A DNA stretch of 64,000 nucleotides from an uncultured Chloroflexia bacterium (GTDB lineage: Bacteria; Chloroflexota; Limnocylindria; Limnocylindrales; CSP1-4). Every line of letters begins with the position of its first letter. Within the stretch, counting starts at the first letter, position 1. Below are positions 36,120 through 47,574 of this stretch, piece after piece. The stretch is taken from the NCBI GenBank assembly GCA_963707215.1, contig CAVPPB010000001.1:320001-384000 (forward strand), read 5' to 3'. A program made the translations under genes and the position numbers. Below the pieces are notes generated by a model. It did not search any database, had not been told where the DNA came from, and saw nothing but the letters and a program-made list of their open reading frames with translations.

Positions 36120-37217
36120 ATGCGTGCCGCCGTCCTCGACCAGCCCGGCCAGCCACTCCGCATCGAGCCACTGGAGCTCGGTCCACCCGGACCCGGCGAG
36201 GTCCTCGTCCGGATCGAGGCATCGGGTGTCTGCCACTCGGATCTCCACGTCCGTGACGGTGAGTGGCCGCGGGCCACGCCGATCGTGCTGGGGCACGAGG
36301 GAGCGGGCGTCGTCGAGGCGGTCGGGCCGGACGTCGACCCGGGCCGGATGGGCGAGCGGGTCGCCCTGTCCTGGTACTACCCGTGCCTGCGTTGCCGGGC
36401 CTGCCAGACCGGCCGCCAGTGGCTCTGCAGCGGTTCCGGCTCGCTCCAGCACCGGCAGGCGGACGGCACGACCCGGCTGCGACGGGCCGACGGGACGCCC
36501 GTCCTGGCCAACCTGGCCATCGGGACCTTCGCCGAACAGACCGTCGTCCCCTCGTCGGCGGCCATCGCGATGCCCAGTGGCACGCCGCGCGAGGTCGCAG
36601 CCCTCATCGGCTGCTGTGTCGCCACCGGCGTGGGAGCCGTTACCAAGACGGCGGCCGTCGCGGCCGGGTCCAGCGTCGCCGTCTGGGGGCTCGGGGGAGT
36701 CGGCCTGTCGATCGTCATGGGCGCGGTCCTCGCGGGCGCGACACCGATCGTGGCCGTCGATCGCGAGCCCGCCAAGCTCGAGCGCGCCCGCGAGCTCGGG
36801 GCGACGGACCTCGTCGACGCTGGGATCGGCGCCGCGGCCACGGTCGAGGCCGTGCGCGCGGCCACGGCCGGAGGCCCGGACTTCGCGTTCGAGGCGATCG
36901 GCCTGACCGCCACCATCGAGCAGGTCATCGGGGTGCTCCCGCCGGGCGGCACCGCCGTGCTCGTCGGGCTGACGCCCTTCGGCCAGCGCGCGAGGTTCGA
37001 CGTCTTCCCGTTCGTCGACGGGAGCCGGCGCATCCTGGGCTCGAACTACGGCGCGGCGGTCGCAGCCGTGGACTTCCCGGCCTATGCGGCGCTCCACCTC
37101 GCCGGCCGGCTGCCCATCGACCGCCTGATCGATGAGCGCATCCCGCTCGACGGGATCGAGGCCGCCTTCGAGGCCATGCGGCGCGGCGAGGGAGTGCGCC
37201 GGATCGTCGTTCCCTAG
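36120..37217 (+). CDS. Zinc-binding alcohol dehydrogenase (class III-like MDR)
   Basis: GVCHSD, GHEGAG, CxxCxxC-x7-C structural Zn, GCCVATG, GLGGVG. Confidence 0.93.
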   Translation: MRAAVLDQPGQPLRIEPLELGPPGPGEVLVRIEASGVCHSDLHVRDGEWPRATPIVLGHEGAGVVEAVGPDVDPGRMGERVALSWYYPCLRCRACQTGRQWLCSGSGSLQHRQADGTTRLRRADGTPVLANLAIGTFAEQTVVPSSAAIAMPSGTPREVAALIGCCVATGVGAVTKTAAVAAGSSVAVWGLGGVGLSIVMGAVLAGATPIVAVDREPAKLERARELGATDLVDAGIGAAATVEAVRAATAGGPDFAFEAIGLTATIEQVIGVLPPGGTAVLVGLTPFGQRARFDVFPFVDGSRRILGSNYGAAVAAVDFPAYAALHLAGRLPIDRLIDERIPLDGIEAAFEAMRRGEGVRRIVVP

Positions 37218-38121
37218 CCGACCGGCGGGACCGGCCGCTCGTGGACCACGGGCGGCAGGTCGAGGCCCTCGACGTGCTCGGCGACCTCGGCGCAAGTGGC
37301 GATCCAGAGGCCGTCGATCGAGCGGGCCAGCTCGATGAGGCGCTCCAGGGCCTCGGCCCGGGAGGGGCGACCGCTGACGAACGGGTGCATCGTCAGGACG
37401 AACAGGCCGCCCTCGCGGGCATCGCCTCCAGCTCCAGCGACCAGCGCTCCAGGACGACCGAGGGGCTCAGGATGACCCCCGAGCCGGTCAGGCCCGGGTA
37501 GTAGTCGTAGGGCTGCCAATCGTCGAGCGACCAGTGGGCCGGGAGCTCCACCAGGGAGGCCGCATCCGGCCGCGGCGAGACGGCCAGCCGGTACGGCCGG
37601 TCGCTGTCCATCAGGCCGGAGTCGTAGCGGAAGCCGTGACGGGCCAGCAGCTCGGGCAGCTCCCAGGTCATCTCCCAGCTCGGGGCCCGGTAGCCGATGG
37701 GCCTGACGCCGAGGACGCGGTCGAGGGCCTCGAGCCCGCGCAGCAGGGTCGCTTCTTCCGTCGCCGGGTCGGCGCCCCGCGATCCCTCGTGGAGATAGCC
37801 GTGATGGGCGATCTCGTGGCCGGCATCGCGGACCGCCCGGGCCGCCGCCGGCCAGCGCTCCGCCGAGAAGCCGGGGATGAAGAACGTCCCCCGGATCCCC
37901 TGTCGCTCGAGGATCCGGGGGACGGCAACCCTGGGCCCGTACGCCTGGTGTGACATCACGTCGAGGTGGGCCGCCGTCTCCGGGTGGTCGACGAGCATGA
38001 CCGCCTCGGCATCGAGGTCGAAGGTGAAGCAGGCGGCCGCCCGGACACCGGGAGGCCAGGCGAACCCGGGCGGCAGGGGCGACGCGCTCGGCCGCTCGCC
38101 GATCTCGACCATCCACGGCAC
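37214..38121 (-). pseudogene. Polysaccharide deacetylase (PuuE/PgdA-like) split by a frameshift near 37420
   Basis: TFDLD, YGPRVAVPRIL, HEIAHHGYLHE, GYRAP, LDDW, then LFVLTMHPFVSGR in another frame. Adding one G (ATG GCC CGC GAG) restores the frame. Confidence 0.85.
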
Positions 38122-38219
38122 TCCCTGCGGATCAGTGCCGTCGATCGTGGCGAACGCGCCGCCAGCCGGGCCTCGCCGACGTCCTCCGCCCCGCTGGCGT
38201 CCTCGGGTACCGTGGTCGG

Positions 38220-39236
38220 GTGCCCGAGATCGAGCTCGCCGCCCACGTCGACGACGCCGCCCGCTCGACCGGCTTCTCGGGCGTCGTCCGGATCGACGGC
38301 CCGGCCGGGATCCGGCTCGTCCGGGCCTACGGACTGGCCGATCGCCGCCACCGGGTCCCGAACACGGCCGAGACCCGGTTCGCCATCGCCAGCGGCGTCA
38401 AGGGGATGACCGCCGTCACGGTCATGAGCCTCGTGGTCGACGGGACCCTGGCGCTCGACACGACGGCCCGCTCGGTGCTGGGGCGGGACCTGCCGCTGAT
38501 CGACGATCGGGTCACCGTGGAGCAGCTCCTGGCGCACCGGTCGGGCATCGGTGACTACCTCGACGAATCGGCGGTCGACGAGATCAACGACCACGTGATG
38601 ACCGTCCCGGTCCACCTGCTGGCGACGGCCGAGGAGTACCTGGCCGTGCTCGACGGCCATCCCCAGGCCTTCCCGCCCGGCGAGCGGTTCGCCTACTGCA
38701 ACGGCGGCTACGTGGTCCTGGCGCTCATCGCCGAGCGGGTCAGCGGCACCGCCTTCCCGGATCTCGTCGGCGAGCGGGTGTTCACGCCGGCCGGCATGGC
38801 CGCGAGTGCGTTCCTCCGCTCCGACGAGCTTCCGGGCGACACCGCGGTCGGGTACCTCCACGTAGACGGCCTGCGGACGAACGCCCTCCACCTGCCGGTG
38901 CGCGGCAGTGGCGACGGCGGCCTGTACACGACGGCGGCCGACGTCCGGGCCTTCTGGCGAGCCCTGCTCGAGGGGACGCTGCTGCCCGTCGAGACGGTGC
39001 GGATGATGACCTTCCCCCGGAGCCGCTCGGCGTCCGGCCGGAGGCGCTACGGCCTGGGGTTCTGGCTGGACGGGAGCGGTCCGGGGATCGTCCTGGAGGG
39101 CTACGACGCCGGCGTCTCCTTCCGCAGCGAGCATGACCCGCTCACCGGCACGACCACGACGGTCCTGGCGAACACCAGCGAGGGCGCCTGGGCCATGCTC
39201 GAGGGCCTCGACGCGGCCGACCCGACGGGAGGCTAG
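38220..39236 (+). CDS. Serine hydrolase, beta-lactamase/transpeptidase-like (class C fold)
   Basis: FAIASGVK (SxxK), LLAHRSG, FAYCN (YxN), GDGGLY. Confidence 0.88.
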   Translation: MPEIELAAHVDDAARSTGFSGVVRIDGPAGIRLVRAYGLADRRHRVPNTAETRFAIASGVKGMTAVTVMSLVVDGTLALDTTARSVLGRDLPLIDDRVTVEQLLAHRSGIGDYLDESAVDEINDHVMTVPVHLLATAEEYLAVLDGHPQAFPPGERFAYCNGGYVVLALIAERVSGTAFPDLVGERVFTPAGMAASAFLRSDELPGDTAVGYLHVDGLRTNALHLPVRGSGDGGLYTTAADVRAFWRALLEGTLLPVETVRMMTFPRSRSASGRRRYGLGFWLDGSGPGIVLEGYDAGVSFRSEHDPLTGTTTTVLANTSEGAWAMLEGLDAADPTGG

Positions 39237-39243
39237 CGGCCGG

Positions 39244-40137
39244 TCAGCCGGCCGGCGATCGCAGCAGCAGGCCGATCAGAAATCCGGCCAGGGCCGACAG
39301 GAGCCCGACCCCGACCATCTCGAGCGCCGGCCGCCACGGGGGATCCCCGACGGCCCGGGCCCGGACCGCCCCGACGAGCGCCAGCACAGCGCCGCCGGCC
39401 ACGACGGCGACGAGCGCCGCCGAGCCGACCGGGAGGAGGATGAAGGGGGTCAGCGGTACCGCGGATCCCGCGAGCGTGGAGACCCCGACGATGGCGGCCG
39501 CTCTGCCCGGATGGCGCTCACGGACCGGCGCCAGGGCGACCCTGAGCGCGTCGACCTCGACCAGCCAGGTCTCGCGCTCATGATCGAGGACCCGCTCGAG
39601 CGCGACCACCCGGCCCGGCTCCCAGCCGTCCGCCTCGACGGCCAACCTGATCCCGCCGGCCCGTTCCCGGGCCCGCTCGTCCATCCGGCCGCGAAGTCGC
39701 CGTCCGACAACCTGGATCCAGGATGTCTCGGCGCCCGAGGCGGTGAAAGCGACCCCGGCCATCGCGATCGACTCGGCCATGGCCGCCGCCAGGCCGGCCG
39801 TGACGATGACCCTCGTGTCGCTGGTGGCGGCGGCCAGCCCGAGGCTCAGCCCGAGGACGTTCACGAGCCCGTCCTGCCCGCCGAGGATGACGTCCCGCAG
39901 AAGGGCGACCCAGCGTGCGCCGAGTCCGGCCGGCGGCTGCGCCGGAGCGAAGACCGAGCGCTCGACCGGGCCGTCGGGCTCGGCCCGGGGAGCGGGCTCG
40001 ACCGGGCCGTCGGGCTCGGCCCGGGGATCGGGTTCGGTCCGAGGAGCGGGTTCGGCCGTCCCGGCGGCGAAGCGCTCCGGTGGCCGCGCCTCGTCTCCCG
40101 GAGCGACCTCTCTCGGCCGTCCCACGTCGTCGCCCAT
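39244..40137 (-). CDS. VIT1/CCC1 family iron/manganese transporter
   Basis: LRDVILGGQDGLV, GLAAAMAESIAMAG, GSAVPLTPF; GGAGG RBS. Confidence 0.88.
   Translation of the reverse strand: MGDDVGRPREVAPGDEARPPERFAAGTAEPAPRTEPDPRAEPDGPVEPAPRAEPDGPVERSVFAPAQPPAGLGARWVALLRDVILGGQDGLVNVLGLSLGLAAATSDTRVIVTAGLAAAMAESIAMAGVAFTASGAETSWIQVVGRRLRGRMDERARERAGGIRLAVEADGWEPGRVVALERVLDHERETWLVEVDALRVALAPVRERHPGRAAAIVGVSTLAGSAVPLTPFILLPVGSAALVAVVAGGAVLALVGAVRARAVGDPPWRPALEMVGVGLLSALAGFLIGLLLRSPAG
39961..40032. repeat. 36-bp tandem duplication (2 copies, 1 mismatch) in the VIT1 N-terminal extension
   Basis: CTCGACCGGGCCGTCGGGCTCGGCCCGGGGA(G/T)CGGG x2, encoding P(D/A)PRAEPDGPVE. Confidence 0.85.
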
Positions 40138-40201
40138 CGACACCTCCAGCGCCCCGCCGCCCCGCGTCCGCCGAGTGTCCCATCGCAGCGTTCCCGGGAC
40201 C

Positions 40202-40307
40202 CGGGCCGAAGCGGTCCCCGCTCGGGTCCGTTCGGCCCCAGCCGCGGACCCGGCCCGGGTACGTTCGGCCCTTGCCGGGGGCGCCGCGGGAGCGGGACCC
40301 TCGGCCC
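40202..40307. promoter_or_regulatory. Cluster of four DosR/OsdR-like boxes in the divergent VIT1 / CBS-BON-cydAB promoter
   Basis: CGGGCCGAAGCGGTCC (40202), GGTCCGTTCGGCCC (40225), GGTACGTTCGGCCC (40258), GGGACCCTCGGCCC (40294); pattern GGGNC-N4-GNCCC. Confidence 0.6.
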
Positions 40308-40347
40308 GAGCGACCGCCCGGTGGTCGGTCGTCGCGGAGGACCCGAG

Positions 40348-41058
40348 ATGAAGGTCGGCGAGATCATGAAACGGTCGGTCGTGACCGTTCGTCCGGGGGC
40401 CTCGCTTCGCGACGTCGCCGGGCTGCTCGTTGAGCACGGCATCAGCGGGGTCCCCGTCGTTGATGACTCGGGGGCCGTCCTCGGGGTCGTCTCGGAGGCC
40501 GACTTCCTGATCCGCGAGCGAGGCATCCCCGACGGGCGCCCGAGGCTCCTGGATCGGCTCTTCGGCCGCGGTGCGAGCCTGGCGGCCGACGAGCTGGCGA
40601 AGCTGGCCGCAAAGACCGCCGGCGAGGCCATGACGAGTCCCGCCGTCGTGGTGACCGCCGACACGGCGGTCCGCGAGGCGGCCCGGATCATGAGCGAGCG
40701 CCAGATCAACCGGCTGCCGGTCATCGACCGCGATCAGCTGACCGGGATCGTCACCCGGGCGGACATCGTCCGGGCGTTCGTGCGCACGGACGATGAGCTC
40801 CGGACCTCGATCCTCGACGAGGTCGTTCGGCGGGCGATGTGGCTCGACGATCGGGCCGTGTCGGTCGCGGTCGATGATGGTGTCGCCCGGATCTCCGGGA
40901 CGGTCGAGCGGCGCTCCGATGCGCCGATCCTCGAGCGGCTGGTCCGCGAGATCCCGGGCGTCCTCGACGTGAGGCTCGATGTGGGCTGGCGGGTCGACGA
41001 CAGGGACGTCGACCCGCCTCGGCAGGGGGTAGTCGGTCCGGCCTACGGACCGCGCTGA
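40348..41058 (+). CDS. CBS-pair plus BON domain protein
   Basis: MKVGEIM...ISGVPVVD...GVVSEADF; second CBS INRLPVID...GIVTRADIV; BON SVAVDDGVARISGTV...IPGVLDV. Confidence 0.9.
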   Translation: MKVGEIMKRSVVTVRPGASLRDVAGLLVEHGISGVPVVDDSGAVLGVVSEADFLIRERGIPDGRPRLLDRLFGRGASLAADELAKLAAKTAGEAMTSPAVVVTADTAVREAARIMSERQINRLPVIDRDQLTGIVTRADIVRAFVRTDDELRTSILDEVVRRAMWLDDRAVSVAVDDGVARISGTVERRSDAPILERLVREIPGVLDVRLDVGWRVDDRDVDPPRQGVVGPAYGPR

Positions 41059-41136
41059 CCCGAAACGCCGCGGGGGCGGCACGGGTCGACCGAGAGGTGA
41101 CCCGGCATCCGGCGATGCGTCCCGCGAGGAGGTCCG

Positions 41137-42564
41137 ATGGATCCGGTCCTGCTGGCCAGGGTTCAGTTCGCCCTGACGGTGATGTTCCACTTCGTCTTCC
41201 CGTCGATCACCATCGGGCTGGGCTTGATCGTCGCCATCGCGACGACCCGCGCCTGGCGGAGGGGCGATGACGTCTGGCGTCGGACGGCCAGGTTCTGGAC
41301 GAAGCTCTTCGCCCTGACCTTCGCCGTCGGCGTGGCGACCGGGATCGTCATGGAGTTCCAGTTCGGGACGAACTGGGCCCGCTACTCGACCTTCGTCGGG
41401 GACATCTTCGGCTCACCGCTGGCGGCCGAGGGGATCTTCGCCTTCTTCCTCGAGTCGACGTTCCTCGGCCTGCTCCTGTTCGGCGGCAACCGCGTCGGGC
41501 CGGGCCTGCGGGCGTTCGCAGCCTGGATGGTGGCGCTCGGGGCGACGCTCTCGGGCTTCTGGATCATCGTCGCCAACAGCTGGATGCAGACCCCGACAGG
41601 CTACGAGATCCAGGGCGACAAGGCCGTGCTCGTCGACTTCATGGGTGCCATCTTCAATCCCTCCACGCTGCCCCGATTCCTCCACACGATCGCCTCGTCG
41701 TGGGCCGCGGCCGGCTTCATCGTCACCGGGATCGCGGCCTACTGGCTGCTCCGCGGCAGGCACCTCGACGTCGCGCGGCGGTCGATCCGGGCCGGCCTCG
41801 GCCTCGCTGTCGTCGCGGCCGTCCTGATGTTCGCCACGGGGGACCTGAGCGCACGGCAGGTGGCCGAGACGCAGCCGGCCAAGTTCGCCGGGATGAACGG
41901 CCTCTACTCCACCGCCGAGGGCGTGCCCCTGGTGATCTGGTCGCTGCCGCCGACCCAGGACCCGGCGAACGCCCCGGTCGGGCCGGAGATCCTCGTCGGG
42001 AACCTGCTGTCGTTCCTCGCCTTCGGCGACTTCACCGCCGCGATCACCGGGCTCGAGGCGTTCCCGGTGGACGAGTGGCCGCCCGTCGCCATGACGTTCC
42101 TGAGCTACCACAACATGGTGATCCTCGGCACGATCATGCTCCTCGTGATGGCGAGCGGGGTCTTCCTGCTCTGGCGCGGCAGGCTGGAGACCTCCCGCCG
42201 CTGGCTGTGGCTCGCGGTCGTCGCGATCCCCGCCCCCATGATCGCCATCCAGCTCGGCTGGGCCACGGCGGAGATCGGCCGGCAGCCCTGGATCGTCTAC
42301 GGCCTCATGCGGACCTCGGAGGGGACCTCGACGGTCGTGAGCGGTCCGGAGATCCTCGCCTCGATCCTCCTCTTCGGCTCCATCTACCTTCTCCTCGGCA
42401 CGCTCTGGCTGTGGGCGTTCGTCAAGGAGCTCCGCCATGGTCCGGAGCCGGCGCCCCCTGCGCCGGACCTCGGTGGTCCCACCCCAGAGCCGCCGCCGCA
42501 GGCCGAGCGGCACGCCCGGCCGGCGATCGTCCATCCCCGTGCCGTGACGTCGGGAGAGAAGTGA
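41137..42564 (+). CDS. cydA: Cytochrome bd ubiquinol oxidase subunit I
   Basis: ARVQFA...FHFVF, MEFQFGTNW, ANSWMQTP, QPAKFA, EIGRQPW. Confidence 0.97.
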   Translation: MDPVLLARVQFALTVMFHFVFPSITIGLGLIVAIATTRAWRRGDDVWRRTARFWTKLFALTFAVGVATGIVMEFQFGTNWARYSTFVGDIFGSPLAAEGIFAFFLESTFLGLLLFGGNRVGPGLRAFAAWMVALGATLSGFWIIVANSWMQTPTGYEIQGDKAVLVDFMGAIFNPSTLPRFLHTIASSWAAAGFIVTGIAAYWLLRGRHLDVARRSIRAGLGLAVVAAVLMFATGDLSARQVAETQPAKFAGMNGLYSTAEGVPLVIWSLPPTQDPANAPVGPEILVGNLLSFLAFGDFTAAITGLEAFPVDEWPPVAMTFLSYHNMVILGTIMLLVMASGVFLLWRGRLETSRRWLWLAVVAIPAPMIAIQLGWATAEIGRQPWIVYGLMRTSEGTSTVVSGPEILASILLFGSIYLLLGTLWLWAFVKELRHGPEPAPPAPDLGGPTPEPPPQAERHARPAIVHPRAVTSGEK

Positions 42565-42565
42565 G

Positions 42566-43581
<1,016 letters not shown>

Positions 43582-43591
<10 letters not shown>

Positions 43592-46014
43592 TCCCGGTCG
43601 GCCGGAGCGGCGTCCCCGTCGACCGGGGAGCAACCGCTCCCGCCCGCTGGTGGGGCCGACGCCTCGCGGGCGAGTCGAGCCAGCCGCTCGAGGCGCTCCT
43701 CGACCGCCCGGTGGATCTCGGCGGCCGGGCGACCGCTGAGGAGCTCGAGCGCCTCGTCGACCGTGTGCACGGCCCAGACCCGGAAGCGCCCGGCCTCGGC
43801 TGCGACCACCACGTCCCGGCGCAGCATCAGGTCGTGGACGTTCGCCGCCGGGACGATGACCCCCTGGCCGTCCTCCGGCCCCACGATGCCACAGGCGTCG
43901 AAGAAGCCCTCGACCTTCTCGTTGGTGCCACCGATCGGCTGGACGTTGCCGTGCTGGTCGACCGAGCCGGTGAGGGCGATGGACTGGCGAAGCGGGACAT
44001 CGCCGATGGCCGAGAGCAGCGCGCACAGCTCGGCCAGAGATGCGCTGTCCCCTTCCACCCCGGAGTACGACTGCTCGAAGACGAGGCTGCCCTGGAGGCT
44101 CAACGGGCCGGCGGCCGCGTACCGCCCGCCGAGGTAGCCGGCCAGGATCATCACCCCCTTGCTGTGGATCGGCCCGCCGAGCTCGACCTCGCGCTCGATG
44201 TCGACCACCTCGCCGCCACCGAGGCGGACGCGGGCGGTGATCCTCGTCGGCCAGCCGAACGCCTCGTCGCCCAGCTGGTGGACGGCCAGCCCGTTGATCT
44301 GGCCGACGTCCTCTCCGCGGGTCCGAACGAGCAAGGTCCCCCGGGCGATCGCCTCGAGGAGCAGCTCTCGCCGCCGGCCGACCCGGCGCCGGCGGGCCTC
44401 GATGGCCGCCTCCACGTCGACCTCGGCGATGAGCTCGCGGCCGCCGGCACCGGCCAGGTGGTCGGCTTCGGCCAGCAGGTCGTTGAGGCTTCGCATGTGG
44501 GTGGACAGACGATCGCGGTCGCCGGCACCACGGGCGGCGTGCTCAACCAGCCGGGCCACCGCCGGCGCCTCGAGAGGGCGGAGCCCATCCCGGTGGGCCA
44601 TCGCCGCCGCGATCCGGGCGTAGAGGCGCTCGGTGGCCGGGCTGCGCTCCACCCGGTCATCGACGTCGGCCGCCACCTTGAACAGTTCCGGGAACTCCGG
44701 ATCGAGGGCCATGAGGAGGTCGTACAGCCGCCGCTCTCCGACGAGGGCGATCTTCACGTCGAGCGGGATCGGGTCCGGCTCGAGACTGACCGTGTCGACG
44801 AGCGTCAGCGCCCGGCCGATCGATTCGATGCGCAACTCGCCTGATCGGAGCGCCCGCTTGAGCCCGTCCCAGGCGAACGGTTCGACCAGCAAGCGACGAG
44901 CGTCGAGGATCAGGTAGCCGCCGTTGGCGCGGTGGAGGGCACCAGCTCGGATGTGGCTGAAGTCGGTCGTCAGGGCGCCCATCTGGGCGACGTACTCGAT
45001 CCGCCCCAGGAGGTAGGCGTAGGTCGGGTTCGGCTCCATGACCACTGGAGCGCCGCGCAGATCGGTCCGATCAACGAGCAGGTTGACCTCGTAGCGGCGT
45101 AGCGTGGCCGCCGGGTCGGCGCCCAGGATCCGCATGCCCAGCGGCCCCCGCGCCTCGGGTCCGGCAGCCGCGCTGAACTCATGAGCGTGGCCGACCAGGT
45201 CCTCCTCGACCGCCCGGAGGTGGTCGAGGAGCTCGGGCAGGTCGGCGGCCTCGTCGCGGATCGCGGCGAGGCGGATCGCGGCCGTCGAGCGGACGACCGC
45301 CTGATCAAGCTCGGCCAGACGGTCGCGCCCCTCCTTCTCCCACGCCGGGACGCGTCTCAGGACCGCCTCGAGCTCTTCCTCGAAACGTGCGAGATCAGCC
45401 TTCCGGCGCTCCTGCTCCTCCTCGGGCAGGCGCCGGAATGCTTCCTGGGCGAGGACCTCGTCGCCCTCGGTCATCGCCAGGCCGACACCGACGGGGGTGC
45501 GGACCAGGGCGACCTTGACCTTCGACGCCCGCGCCGCGAGGGCCTCGAGCTCCTCGTCGCGACGCTTCTGGGCGGAGCTCTCCACGGCTTCCCGACGGGC
45601 CCGGTAGTCGTCGCTCTCGAAGGCGGCGGGCAGGGCGCTCCGGAGGTCTGCGACGAGGCGGGCCATGGCGTCGCGAAACCATCGACCGCGCCCGGCCGGA
45701 AGGGCGATCGCCCGGGGCCGGCCCGGGTCCGTGAAGCGCTGCACGTAGACCCAGTCGCTCGGGGTCGGGTCGGCGGCGGACGCCCGGGCCATCGCGCCGC
45801 GCAGCAGCGTCGTCCGCCCGCTGCCCTCGGGCCCCTGGACGAAGACGTTGAAGCCCTGGCGTCGGATCGCCAGCGCGAAGTCGACGGCCTCGACCGCTCG
45901 GTCCTGGCCGACGACCCCCTCCACCGGCTCGAGCTCGGAGGTCGATCCGAAGCCGAGCGAGGTCGGCTCGGTCGGCCGGTGCAGCTCCGCGACCCCAAGC
46001 GGCTGGACAGGCAT
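43582..46014 (-). CDS. Lon-like S16 protease of the LonC type
   Basis: GQDRA, GPEGSGRTT, GALHRANGGYL, GQINGL, IEREVELGGPIHSKG, EQSYSGVEGDSAS (Ser), IGGTNEKVEGFF (Lys). Confidence 0.92.
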
Positions 46015-46044
46015 CCGTGGTCCTCCCGGGACGCCTTCGGCGCG

Positions 46045-46088
46045 ACGGTAGCCCGGTGGCGCGTCGGGAGGGAGGGCGGACCGGCCCT
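46045..46088 (-). promoter_or_regulatory. DosR/OsdR-like box (46073-46088) and -10 TACCGT (46050-46045) upstream of the Lon-like protease
   Basis: Minus-strand AGGGCCGGTCCGCCCT has 2 mismatches to AGGGCCGATCGGCCCT; 22 nt to the -10 hexamer. Confidence 0.55.
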
Positions 46089-46255
46089 AAGGTTCGGGCC
46101 GGTGCGGAGGCACCCGCGGTGGCCGGTGGCGCCTGGCGACCGCTCGGCGGGCCTTGGCGGCGCACGGCAACACCCGCATCGTCCCGCCAGATGCAACGAG
46201 CGCGCGACGCGCGCCATCGCACCCATCCGCGACGGAGCGAGCGGCGTAATGAGGC

Positions 46256-46355
46256 TAACGACGACCAGTCGTCGGCCAGCGCGAATAGGTCGCCCACCGC
46301 GACCCCTCCCTCCTCCCACGAAGCCGGGCCCGACCGAGGACCCGGCTTCGTCATG
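46256..46355 (+). ncRNA. Candidate small RNA with three hairpins and a CCUCCCUCCUCCC linker
   Basis: Hairpins at 46260-46273, 46288-46304 and 46318-46351 (11-bp stem); C-rich linker 46305-46317; possible ECF-type promoter CCATCC-N16-CGTA upstream. Confidence 0.45.
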
Positions 46356-46427
46356 TCCACTGGCTTCGTCGCCAGACCGCCAGGGAGGTGGATCGCTCCC
46401 CACCGGCCGTGAGGCCATGGACCGGAA

Positions 46428-47441
46428 CTAGAGGTCGTCGTCCCCGCGCAGGGAAAGGACCGCCGTCCCCGAGATGGTGCCGCTCGCGAGCCGCTCGAGG
46501 GCGAGGCCGCCATCGGCCAGCGGATGGATCTCGACGTCGGTCCGGATCGGGATCGTCGGGGCAAGGGCGAGGAAGTCCCGGGCGTCCGCCTGGGTCACGT
46601 TCGCCACCGAACGGATCGAGCGCTCCCACCAGAGACGCTCGTAGGCGAAGGACGGGATCCGGTCGAGGTGGATCGCGTTGACCGCCACGGTGCCGCCGCG
46701 GTCGACGGCGGCCAGGGCGGCAAGCACTATCTCCCCGGACGGGGCGAAGGTGATGGCCGCATCGATCGGGACGGGGGCTCGCTCGTGATAGCCGCCGACC
46801 CATGCGGCGCCGAGCTCGGCGGCCCGCTCACGTTCCGTCTGGGAGCGGGTCCAGACGAAGACCTCGCAACCCCAGTGGCGGGCGACCTGGATGACGAGCC
46901 GCGCCGACGAGCCGAAGCCGAACAGCCCGAGCCGGTCACCCGGGTGGATCCCGGCGACCTTCAGCGAGCGGTATCCGATGACCCCGCCGCAGAGGAGCGG
47001 CGCGGCATCGAGGTCGCCGAAACCTTCGGGGATACGGACGGCGACATCAGCTCGGACCGTCATGCGCTCGGCGAAGCCCCCGTCCCGGTCCCAGCCGGTG
47101 AATGCCGCGTCGCGGCAAAGGTTCTGGCGCCCATCGCTGCAGAACCGGCAGGTCCCGCAGGTTCCGGCAAGCCAGGTGACCCCGACCCGCTCGCCGACCA
47201 CCCAGCCATCGACGCCGACGCCACGGTCGACGACCCTCCCGACGGCCTGGTGGCCCGGGACGACCGGCAGGCGCCGGGCGGGCAGGTCGCCTTCGACGAG
47301 CTGCAGGTCGGTCCGACAGACGGCGCAGGCGGCCACCTCGACCAGGAGCTCCCCTCGACCAGCCGCGGGCTCCGGGAGCTTGACGAGGCGAAGCGGTCGC
47401 TCGACGGCCGGGGCCGGTGCCTCGAGGACCAGGGCGCGCAT
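46428..47441 (-). CDS. Zinc-dependent alcohol dehydrogenase (CAD/AdhP-like)
   Basis: CAVCRTD, PGHQAVG, CGTCRFC...NLC, APLLCGG, GFGSSA. Confidence 0.92.
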   Translation of the reverse strand: MRALVLEAPAPAVERPLRLVKLPEPAAGRGELLVEVAACAVCRTDLQLVEGDLPARRLPVVPGHQAVGRVVDRGVGVDGWVVGERVGVTWLAGTCGTCRFCSDGRQNLCRDAAFTGWDRDGGFAERMTVRADVAVRIPEGFGDLDAAPLLCGGVIGYRSLKVAGIHPGDRLGLFGFGSSARLVIQVARHWGCEVFVWTRSQTERERAAELGAAWVGGYHERAPVPIDAAITFAPSGEIVLAALAAVDRGGTVAVNAIHLDRIPSFAYERLWWERSIRSVANVTQADARDFLALAPTIPIRTDVEIHPLADGGLALERLASGTISGTAVLSLRGDDDL

Positions 47442-47574
47442 GGTCCATGGGTAGCATCCATGGGCGACCGTCGCAAGGGCGACCGGTCGCTGCCGCCGGG
47501 GCCGATGCGACATCTCTGCACTCGGCCGGACGGGGACCTCCGCCCAGCCAGGGCGTCCGGTGTAGAGTCGAGCC

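Noticed and set aside
38220-39236. Beta-lactam resistance gene
   Set aside because: SxxK/YxN fold only, with no signal peptide or KTG triad; generic serine hydrolase.
39961-40050. 36-bp repeat as a CRISPR array
   Set aside because: Two directly adjacent copies with no spacer, in frame within a coding region, and no cas genes.
47475-47545. Further DosR-like boxes upstream of the second Zn-ADH
   Set aside because: Only half-site matches, without the 22-nt spacing to a -10; expected by chance at this GC content.
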